This document shows, piece by piece, positions 11,003-20,000 of a DNA stretch of 20,000 nt. The stretch is taken from assembly GCF_004010195.1 (NCBI RefSeq), contig NC_057720.1, positions 28,574,338 to 28,594,337 on the forward strand, read 5' to 3'. The position numbers and the translations under genes were made by a program. Position 1 is the first letter of the stretch; every line of letters begins with the position of its first letter. Origin of the DNA: Chiloscyllium plagiosum (lineage: Eukaryota). Below the pieces are notes generated by a model. The model searched no databases. It saw only the letters and a list, made by a program, of their open reading frames with translations, and was not told the DNA's origin.

Positions 11003-13647
11003 TTCCAATGTATTTTACAACCAATAAAGTATTGCTTGAAATGCTGTAATTATCATTAGAGTGGAGCTCGTAACTTTGAACAGTCTCACTGCCACCCATC
11101 CTTCTTGCTGTTATTACTCTAAGCTGCTAATACCATGTGAGGAAGGATGCTCACAAGTTGTCTTTAGCAGAAGACAATCTTGATGAACAGTAAATAGATT
11201 TACTAGATATAATATTACCAGTTATCAACGCGTTATTTATGTGATCATCTGAATTGAGACTTCGGATTCAACTGAAGAGGCAGTACACATTTCCACAAAT
11301 GAAACATTCTGACATAGCATTGGTAACAACTATAGAAAGGGTTAGTGCTTCTCTTCACTAGATCTTCACAGCTTCATTGCAGTGCTTATCTGGCATTGTC
11401 GGTTAACCTCTTCAGGTATTGTCTGTTTTATACAACAGTATTGACTGTGGTAATGTACACAATCTTGAAAGCCTCAGATTTTAAAGTAACAGTAGATATT
11501 TATTTTTTCTCTCTCCCTATTTTCCTTCTTATATCATAAATATACTTCCCAAAATCTAATTGAAATTGAACTTTGGGAACTCCCCTTCCCAAAAATTGAT
11601 TAAAACTTTACTGTGTTTTTGTACCATTTTATTCTATTACTCTGATTTGTAAAGTTTCACTTGGGGTGAATGTAAACCATGAAACTGAGCAGGCAGATTA
11701 ATGACATCTCGATTTCCTGCTCTGCACATTTTGTGTTTAAGAGAGATGCCTGGATTTTGCAGGGCGCAGTGAAGACTAGAACATGCCTCAATATGTTGGC
11801 ACATTGGTCCTTCATTGGATCTTGGAGCTTCTCACTGCCCTTTTGTTGCTTATGCATTTTAAATAAAAGCAATGGTTTGTATATGGGTTGGCATGAATAA
11901 ATTACTTCCTGTAACACTGAGATCAAAAGTTGCCACGCAGGAATTAAATACTTTACAGGCAATTTATTCGTGCATTAATTGCTATTTTGTTAAGGACTTT
12001 CGGCTTTGATTAGCATTGCGAGACTTTTGTTTCCAATTTGTTTTCTAACAACTATTTAGTTTCAATCAGCAAGTTCATATATAGGAAACACAAGTGGGCA
12101 GGATAACAAACCATCAGGTGCTTTCAGTGATACTTTAGATTTAGAGAAAGAAGTGTGTTTTCTGAGGGGATAAAGAAGGTAGATGCAATTGTAGTTTGTC
12201 CATTATCTATTCAGCTATTCTTACAACAATATTTGCATTAACTCAACCAGTTATGCACATTAGAGGAGAGCGGTTGACACCTTCACATCACCTAGTGACT
12301 ACCACATTGGAATATCATCTAGTGGCGGCAAACATGTTGTGCCACACAAATTACTATTATTGAGGTGATTAAGGTTTCAATTGCATTTTTACATCGCCGG
12401 GATCCTTACATGATATCACTAGTAATTTTGATAATCCACGTGCTTTTGGAATAACATGAATTTTTTGCATGTCCTCATGAAGACTAGAGTGAACTAGACA
12501 GTGTTTTGAAAGAGGATAAAATGGTTTTGTAATTATGACGTTAGATTTCAAGAAATGCCCACATGAAAAAAAATGCTTTTAATATTTAAATTGTTTAAAA
12601 TTTCTAAAACTGATCTTATGCAGGAATGAGACTTAGCTGTTTGAAATGTGCACTCAGGCAAGATCAATTTGTATTGCAATAGCATGTATATATTTTATTG
12701 AGTATCTATAATTATTGATCATGCTGTTGAGTTCACAGACAAGACAATGAAATTCAACATGTTCTGACAAAGAGGCTGGGGATTAGATGCCATTTTTTGA
12801 AAAGTTGACCAGCCATCTCTGAAGATTTGCAACTCCTAGCAAGTATATTTTTACTCCTAAATGTACTGGCGTACTTGCGCTTTAAGAATGATGCATGCTG
12901 TTAACACAGAGTTAGTTTGCCAACAAGACTTGGCCCACTGAATGAAAACATCACTTTAATTTACGTTACTGTGACAACTGAACCATTGCTGTATCTTTTA
13001 TGTAAACCTCCTATTAACATGCTTTTTTTAACCTATTTTCCTCTTTTTCTCTCTCTGTATACTTGCTCTCTCTTATTTTCTGTGTTCACAGCTGCCTGGT
13101 TGTGGATTTCTGTTACCACTGTTGCTATTTACTTTCACTATTGCTCTTGCTGGAAAATTGCCCAGATATGTCCTATCCACAAAAAACAGGACAAATCCAA
13201 ACTTGTCAATTACAGCCCTGTCAATCTCATCTCAATTATCAGCATAGTCATGGAAAGTGTCATCGACTGTGCTATCAAGTGGCACTTAGCAATTACCTGG
13301 TCACTGATGCTTAGTTTGTGCTCTACTAGGGCCAGTTGGTCTTGACCTCATTACAAGCTTGGTCTAAACATGAACAGAAGATTAGAATTCAAGATGGGAG
13401 ATTGACAGCGATTATCCTTGATATCAGGGCAACATTTGAAAGAGCATAGCATCAGATGCTCTGGCAAAATTGGAGTCAATGGGAATTGGGAAGAGCTCTC
13501 CATTGGTCAGTCATAACTAGAACTACAGAAGATCGATATAGGTGTCAGGGGCTCGTCGTTTCAGTCCTGGGATATTGCTGTAGGAATCTCCTATGCGAAT
13601 CATCTCCAGCTGCTTTATCAATGAACTATTTTCCATCATCAGGTTAG

Positions 13648-14813
13648 CATCGGTAGAAGACAGAGGGTGGTGGTGGAGGGTTGCTTTTTAGACCGGAGAC
13701 CTGCGACCAGTAGTGTGCCACAAGGATCGGTGCTGCGTCCACTGCGTTTTGTCATTTATATAAATGATTTGGATGTGAACATAGGAGGCATAGTTAGTAA
13801 GTTTGCAGATGACAGCAAAATTGGAGGTGTAGTGGACAGTGAAGAAGGTTACTTCAGATTACAACAGGACCTTGGATTTAATTTAGATAAACGTGAGGTG
13901 CTACATTTTGGAAAGGCAAATCAGGGCAGGACTTATACACTTAATGGTAAGATCCTAGGGAAGTGTTGCTGAACAAAGACACCTTGGAGTGCAGGTTCAC
14001 GGTTCCTTGAAAGTGGAGTAGCAGTTAGATAGGATAGTGAAGAAGGTGTTTTATATGCTTTCCTTTATTGGTCAGAACATTGAGAATATGAGTTGGGAGG
14101 TCATGTTGTGTCTGTATAGGACATTGGTTCGGCCACTTTTGGAATGTTACGTGCAATTCTGGTCTCCTTTCTATTGGAAGGTTGTTGTGAAACTTGAAAG
14201 GGTTCAGAAAAGATTTACAAGGATATTGCCAGGGTTGGAGGTGAGATGCTGAATAGTCTGGGACTGTTTTCCCTGGAGCATCAGAGGCTGAGGGATGATC
14301 TTATAAAGATTTATAAAATCATGAGGGGCATGGATAGGATAAATAGACAAAGTCTTTTCCCTGGGATGAGGGAGTCCAGAACTAGAGGGCATAGGTTCAG
14401 GGTGAGAGGAGAAAGATAGAAGGGACCTCAGATATATCATTTTCACACAGAGGGTGGTGCGTGTGTGGAATGAGCTGCCAGAGGAAGTGGTAGAGGCTGG
14501 TACAATTACAGCATTAAAAGGCATCTGGATGAGTATATGAATAGGAAGGGTATAGAGGGATATGGGCCTTCCTGATGAAGACCTCTTGCTGAGAATGTTG
14601 ATTCTCCTGCTCCTCAGATGCTGCCTGACCTGTTGTACTTTTCCAGCACCAGACTCTCGACTCTGATCTCCAGCATATGCAGTCCTCACTTTCTCCTGGA
14701 TATGGGCCAAATACTGACAAATGGGATTAGATTAGGTTAGGATATCTGGTCAGCATGGACAAGATAGATCAAAGGGACTGTTTCCGTGCTGTACATCTCT
14801 CTGACTCTATGAT
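13648..14813 (+). mobile_element. 5'-truncated CR1 LINE (HER1-like), copy B
   Basis: VPQGSVLRPLRFVIYINDLD...SKFADDSKIGGVVDSEEG (RT motifs) and LYRTLVRPLLECYVQFWSP. Collinear with copy A. Tail CTCTCTGACTCTATGA. Confidence 0.95.
14569..14697 (+). mobile_element. Hammerhead-bearing Penelope-like short retroelement, copy 3 (single arm, 129 bp)
   Basis: Starts TTCCTGATGAAG and ends CTCACTTTCTCCT. Perfect 11-bp TSD GGATATGGGCC at 14558-14568 and 14698-14708. The empty site is visible in CR1 copy A at 9869-9879. Confidence 0.88.
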
Positions 14814-14990
14814 TAGGGAAATTCTTTGATGATCGTGGAATATTCAGCATCATTCATGGCTCCTCAGGTACTGAAATGGTCTGTGTCTATATGCAGAAAG
14901 ACCTGGACAATATCACAACATCCAAACTTAGGCTGATGAGTAGTGCATTAATGCCACATTAATGCCAAGTTAAGGCCATTTCCAATAAAT

Positions 14991-15175
14991 CCATTCAAGA
15001 CTTTTAAAATCTGTATTCCCATACTAGTCTTTTTTTTTCTATTTCACTTCTGTGACAACACTTCAAGTATCTCTATCTAGGTACCCTGTACCTCAGATGG
15101 TGCTGAGAGGCAATGTTACAAACTTTTCACTGCACTCATTCGAGTGACAATAAAGGCTACACTATTCTCATCTGA
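14991..15175 (+). mobile_element. Unclassified insert in the old LINE, probably a retroposon 3' end
   Basis: It interrupts the LINE reading between ...ISNK and SNYPP-like codons. It contains TTTTCACTGCACTC...GTGACAATAAA, typical of LINE 3' termini. Confidence 0.4.
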
Positions 15176-16254
15176 GGCAAATCTAACTATCCCCCTTGAT
15201 TTTCAAAGGCATTATTATTGCTGAACCCCCACTATCAGGATCCAGTATGTTATAATTTTCCAGAAACTGAATTGAAACAGTTATGAAAATACAATGGCTA
15301 CAATGACAGAACTCCTGATTTACCATAACCTGTCCATCATCTACAAGAGGCACGTTAATAATACTGTCTCACTTGCTTGAATGAATGTGGCTTTGAGGTC
15401 AACAACACCCAGGCTTTATCAGCAACCTGTCCACCACCTGAAAGATCCACTTCCTACAACACTACCGATGCACAGTTGCAGCAGTATGCATTATATACAA
15501 GATGCACTGCAGCAACCTGCTGAAGCTCCTTTGACAGCACCTTCCAAACTATACTTCTCTCATGTAGAAGGACAAAATCTGCAGACATATGAAGTGCCAT
15601 TCTCTGCATAGTCCCTTACAACCACCTACTATCCTTATTGAAATTATATAGCCATTTCTTCACTGTCAGTTGGTCAAAATCCAGGAACTCCTTCCAAGCA
15701 GTACCCTGGTTACACCAGAAGGACTACAGCATTGAGAAAGATGTCCACCACCAATTTCTGAATGATAATTTGGGGTGGGGAACAAATTCTGACCTTGCCG
15801 CTGATGCCCATATCCCATGAAAGAATATAAATAAATAAGAAATATGAAAGATAATCAATCATTGTCATGAAAAAGCCCAGGCCTCCAATCTGAAGCCAAA
15901 GAAAGCAAATAAATTTGGCAAAGATAGCCATTGCCAGCATGTAGGAGATTACAATCCTTCATTAGGTCTTTTTTTGTGACTTCATATTTTAATGTGTGAT
16001 TCACTAAGAATCAAATTTCAGAAAAGTTTAGTTGGAATTTTTGAATTGTGCTTGATATTTACAATTGAATCTGATCACTGTTCTGTCCTTGAGCTTCCTA
16101 ACTCTGTCATTGCCAGAAATAAAGGTGAAGAGTGGAAATTAGATATTGTTTTGGAGTTTAATTTCCCTTAAAAAGATATGACTAGATATTACGAAATGGA
16201 GTATATTTTAGGGCTGATATTTAGTCTGTAATAGATTAATATTATTAAACTTGT

Positions 16255-16385
16255 GTTTAGATCAGAGTGGTGCTGGAAAAGCACAGCAGGTCCAGCAGCA
16301 TCCGAGGAGCAGGAAAATCTGTGCTTTTCCAGCACCACTCTGATCTAAATTCTGGTTTCCAGCATCTGCAGTTCTCACTTTTGCC
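16255..16385 (+). mobile_element. Penelope-like short fold-back retroelement, copy 4 (ribozyme core absent)
   Basis: Perfect 31-bp inverted repeat at 16256-16286 and 16319-16349. Family 3' end CCAGCATCTGCAGTTCTCACTTTTGCC. Perfect 15-bp TSD TATTATTAAACTTGT at 16240-16254 and 16386-16400. Confidence 0.88.
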
Positions 16386-16440
16386 TATTATTAAACTTGT
16401 AACAGTTTTATAATGCAGGTTTGTATATTATAGATATATG

Positions 16441-16686
16441 GTGCTGGAAGGGCATAGCAATTCAGGCAGCATCCGACGAGCAGCAAAATCGACGTTTCGG
16501 GCAAAAGCCCTTCCCCTCTACCTTATCTCTCCACGCTTCAGGCTCTCTGCCTTTATTCCTGATGAAGGGCTTTTGCCCGAAACGTCGATTTTGCTGCTTG
16601 TCAGATGCTGCCTGAATTGCTGTGCTCTTCCAGCACCACTGATCCAGAATCTGGTTTCCAGCATCTGCAGTCATTGTTTTTACCTC
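16441..16686 (+). mobile_element. Hammerhead-bearing Penelope-like short fold-back retroelement, copy 5
   Basis: 75-bp inverted arms at 16439-16513 and 16564-16638 with 4 mismatches, separated by a pyrimidine-rich spacer. Intact hammerhead core. Perfect 15-bp TSD TATTATAGATATATG at 16426-16440 and 16687-16701; the last TG is shared with the arm. Confidence 0.88.
16555..16590 (+). ncRNA. Minimal type I hammerhead ribozyme motif (PLE-type)
   Basis: ATTC-CTGATGA(16559-65)-A-GGGC-TTTT-GCCC-GAAA(16579-82)-CGTC^GATT. All conserved core nucleotides are present, with a 4-bp stem II and palindromic ACGT in place of stem III. Predicted cleavage is after 16586. Stem I is weak. Confidence 0.75.
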
Positions 16687-17034
16687 TATTATAGATATAT
16701 GCAGGCTTATAACCTAAATATCATACCCCACCTGGTGGATTAAAAGCTTAATTCTCTTTAGTCAAAGCATCATGCACCATGATGTCATTTTTATGAAATA
16801 TGAAAATTATTAGTGGCCTTATTTCATTTTAACTGCTACGTTTCGTGGAACGGGCACTGTAACATCACACTGAAGATATTAAATGATTTTGTTTCATTTG
16901 GAACCATGTCACTGAGCAATAATTTACTGAGCACTGACATTGCCTCTGGAACACAACTGAACTACATGCACATAATATTTTTCAGAGCTGGCCTCACTTT
17001 ATTATTTATAAAATTAGTTATTAGTACGTGGTGT

Positions 17035-17240
17035 AAATAAAAGTAAACACAGTGAATGCTAGAGAAACTCGGCTGATCTGTTGGCACCTGTGCAGAGAGA
17101 AACAGAGCTAATGTTTCAAGTCTGTCAAAATATTAACTCTGTTTTCTGTCCCCACAGATGCTGCCATACCTGCTGAATTTCTCCAGCAGTTTCTGTTTTT
17201 GTTTCAGACTTTCCGCATCTTCAGTCTTTTGCTTTTATTT
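17035..17240 (+). mobile_element. Older, diverged fold-back element related to copies 1-5 (copy 6)
   Basis: Imperfect inverted arms centred near 17123 (GAAACAGAGCTAATGTTTCAA / CAAAATATTAACTCTGTTTTC). Shared motifs CAGATGCTGCC..ACCTGCTG..TTTCTCCAGCA and GCATCTTCAGTC. Terminal AAATAAAAGTAAA / TTTGCTTTTATTT. No clear TSD. Confidence 0.65.
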
Positions 17241-17839
17241 GCTGGAATAAATAAACTTGGTTAACCACGCATTTGTTGCTTGTGAATTAATTAGGCCACC
17301 CCCTACAAATATATCCAGCTGGTTTCCATAAATTGACTCTCACCCAATATGCATTTTTTAGTAATTGGAGGAGCTGACCTCGCAAATCAGAGCATATGCC
17401 AGTATTAAGTAAAGTCTTTTTTCAGTCTCACAAGCCAATCTGCAAATGATTAAAATTTGCTTTTAACTTTAATTTTGCTTTCATAATCAACTTTTATATT
17501 GCAACACAAGTACGTAAATCAGTGATGAGTTCCCTACTCACTTATTTCCTGTCCAGTCAGTGTTGTATTTGGAATCTCTGCTGCTTCCATGCCAGCATGT
17601 AATGAAAATCTCTATGAAACATTCAAGTCTTGTTCATTAGTTCAACTGGATGGGCAAAACTGCCATTTTCCTGTTACACATTGCAAATATACAACTTGCT
17701 ATTTCCCTTTCAAAGACATCCAATAACCCATTGTCTTGTTTCAGCATTTTCTGTGTTTAGAAAATCACATGACAAGATTCGAAGAATAGTGTTCTTCTGG
17801 TGTCCTTACAAACTCTTCACATCACTAGAAGCATAATTA

Positions 17840-18004
17840 GCTACTCAGTCATCTCATTGCTGCTTGCAGGACTTTTTTACTTACAAAATTATTGCTGGCT
17901 CTGCCTATGTAATGGTAGTAACTGCACTTAAAAAATAATAAAATGGTTGTGAAATGTTCCAATCCTGACAAATGTGATAAGATGCTATTTAAATGCTACC
18001 TTTC
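17840..18004 (+). mobile_element. Decayed Deu-domain SINE 3' fragment
   Basis: TCTCATTGCTGCTTGCAGGA...ACTGCACTTAAAAAATAA...GATGCTATTTAAATGC is the reverse-complement homologue of 5060-5180. Confidence 0.5.
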
Positions 18005-19099
18005 ATTTTAATCTTGGCTCTTTCAAAAATTTGCACAAGGTCATTGATAAGTCAAGCAGCTGCCTCATTCCTAGTGAGTAGCAATGAGCAGCATGAAAAT
18101 GACAAAAGAATGACAGGTTATGGAGAAGAACTTTGTGTCATACATTTGCAGAACAGGTACTAAACTTAAAAAAATCGTTTGGTTGCCTTACTTGAGAAGT
18201 TTTCTTCAGATCTGCCACCTTGCGTGTTTGGGGCTAGTTGTTTTTGCGTTCAGATATTGGTAACAATATTCACTTTTGGTAGTTTCTATTCAATTTTCTT
18301 CACTTTTTTTGAAGGAGGCCTTGCAGTGTCAGAGAGGACAGCTTACTTTCCTCACTTACTGCAGGATAAGCTTGGATGCGGCATGAGTGAATGTCATGGT
18401 GTGTGTCTAAAAATGTTTGCAAGTAAGAATGCGGCACTTACATTGTTGTTGAAGCTTTTCAAATGAGCCTTTCGCTTTTGAACTCAAGCGTGTAAATTGT
18501 GCATTATCTGTATTGCTGGTGGTTCATTCTATATAGTCAAACTATGCTGGTCACTAATATTGTCAGTATAGAATCATACTGAGTGTATTTACAGAAAGCA
18601 CTTCTATTGCACAGTTTGCCTTGATTCATTAGTGCCCAGTACTCATCAACTATTTGATGAAAAGCTATGGCATTGTCCAAATATCACTTAAGGAACTATC
18701 CTGAGATCATTAGCAATAGCGAAAAATAATTTCAGTACCTGCAGCAAAGCACACAAAGGGCAACTTTCTGCTTTTGTACCTCTGACAGCAAATCTTCTTG
18801 TCAGGAGCACAAATTACTGTTGTGTGTTTCTTTTTGCACCCGCCTCCTCTTTTTGCCTTGGCGTTTAAAGGAATCTAAGTTCTACCAAAGATGACAAACC
18901 TCAAGTGTATCTCCCAGGTGACTATTTTCCATAAACGAGGTCAGAAAGTTAATGGCAACCGTTGTCAGGGTCTCCCCTGATGGCATGGCTTTGGATACAG
19001 CACATTAGAAAGGTTGTGAGGCTGATGAACAGATTTCTGATCTGTCAGCTGTGACAAGGCTCAGGTAACAATGAAGAACCTCATCACTTTTACCATCAA

Positions 19100-19260
19100 T
19101 CTGTCTGGACTAATATTTAACCCTCAAAATGTTATAAAACCATATAGTTTTGTCGTAATCTTATTCTTTTACACCTTGGCTGCCATGTTTCCTACATTCC
19201 AAGTGAGGTTACACATCAGAAGTACAATAGATATCTGTGTAAAAGGTGCTCTTATCTAGA
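19100..19260 (+). mobile_element. Decayed Deu-domain SINE fragment
   Basis: AATATTTAACCCTCAA and TTGGCTGCCATGTTTCCTACATT match the Deu domain and the reverse complement of 5119-5138. Confidence 0.5.
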
Positions 19261-19404
19261 AATTGACCCATAACTTTTGGCTTAAAATTTAGGAATTTTT
19301 CACACACCTCATATAAATATTGACTCATATATGTTTAGGGATCAAACTGCCCTGCTCCATCCCCTCATGGCTTCTTGCGTCTAATTTTGATCTCCTTACA
19401 GAAT

Positions 19405-20000
19405 TCTGGGTAATCCAAGATGGAGGATGGGAAAAATTTCTGGCTGTAAGAGCTGCTCCTTTTTTTGAGGTATTTTAGATGTTGGAGGTGATTGCCTCAA
19501 ATTCCAGGAGCAGCAATTACTGTTTTATATGCTGTTGCATTGTTTTGGAACTTTGGAAAAAAAAGTCAAAACAACAGCAGTTTAAAAGGGAGAAGAGCAG
19601 AAGAGCAGCACATGGTGAGGACGGTGCAGGAGAGAGAGAGAGAGAGAGAAAGGGGGAAACGGGGAAACGGGGAAACCGGGAGACGGGGAGAGGGAGAGAG
19701 AGAGAACCTGCACAGTTACTGCCTTTGCTGTTTGAATTCGTGTATCGCTGGTCATCGGAATGCATCTGGGAAAATTAACAAACAGTGAAATTCACAACTA
19801 ATCTTGGAGGAGCTGTTGGGCGAAGTTCACAGCACAGAATCAGATAAATTAATTGTTGTTTTAAGTCTGTCCAAGAGAAAGGCTGCAGTAGTGAGTATAG
19901 TGGATTCTTTCTTGATTATATGTGTTTGGAGATAAGTCTCTTGATTAAACTTAAAATATAAGCCATAGCTATTCATTTAACCTGGGGCAGTGTTTGTAGA
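19405..20000 (+). mobile_element. Possible 5' UTR of a LINE running off the window
   Basis: YY1-like CAAGATGGAGG near 19416 and an internal GA tract. The stretch 19885-20000 resembles shark CR1 5'-UTR sequence from memory only. No ORF is visible within the window. Confidence 0.3.
19630..19705. repeat. Compound purine repeat: (GA)10, (GGGGAAAC)3 plus 2 variants, then (GA)n
   Basis: Read directly from the sequence. Confidence 0.9.

Larger units (their letters stand above)
13148..15835 (+). mobile_element. Old CR1/L2-clade LINE RT pseudogene, interrupted by CR1 copy B and a second insert
   Basis: WKIAQICPIHKKQDKSKLVNYSPVNLISIISIVMESVI (RT N-terminus, NYRPISL-like) and LDIRATFE (LDxxxAFD-like). 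SCFINELFSIIR comes just before 13648, and the decayed F-x-DD and MQKDLDNI resume after 14814. The 3' end is CCCATATCCCATGAAAGAATATAAATAAATAA. Confidence 0.8.

Noticed and set aside
1361..16686. Interpretation of the palindromic elements as MITEs or CRISPR-like repeats
   Set aside because: The arms are asymmetric, TSD length varies (11-15 bp), a single-arm copy has its own TSD, and the copies are dispersed with no repeat-spacer periodicity.

Overview
AT-rich, non-coding vertebrate DNA. The repeat content (HE1/V-SINE, Deu-domain SINEs, CR1-clade LINEs) points to a cartilaginous fish, most likely a shark; this is an inference from recalled repeat families. No host gene is supported: every ORF is either a decayed LINE reverse-transcriptase fragment or an artefact. 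The window is a layered transposon graveyard with several nested insertions. The most notable signal is a family of six short (130-250 bp) insertions. They share a fixed 3' end, and five of them carry 11-15 bp target-site duplications. Most fold back as inverted repeats centred on a minimal hammerhead ribozyme motif (CUGAUGA-A-GGGC-loop-GCCC-GAAACGUC). This fits non-autonomous Penelope-like (PLE) retroelement derivatives. One copy (16555-16590) keeps an intact catalytic core, and in another the inverted arm ends exactly at the predicted self-cleavage site.
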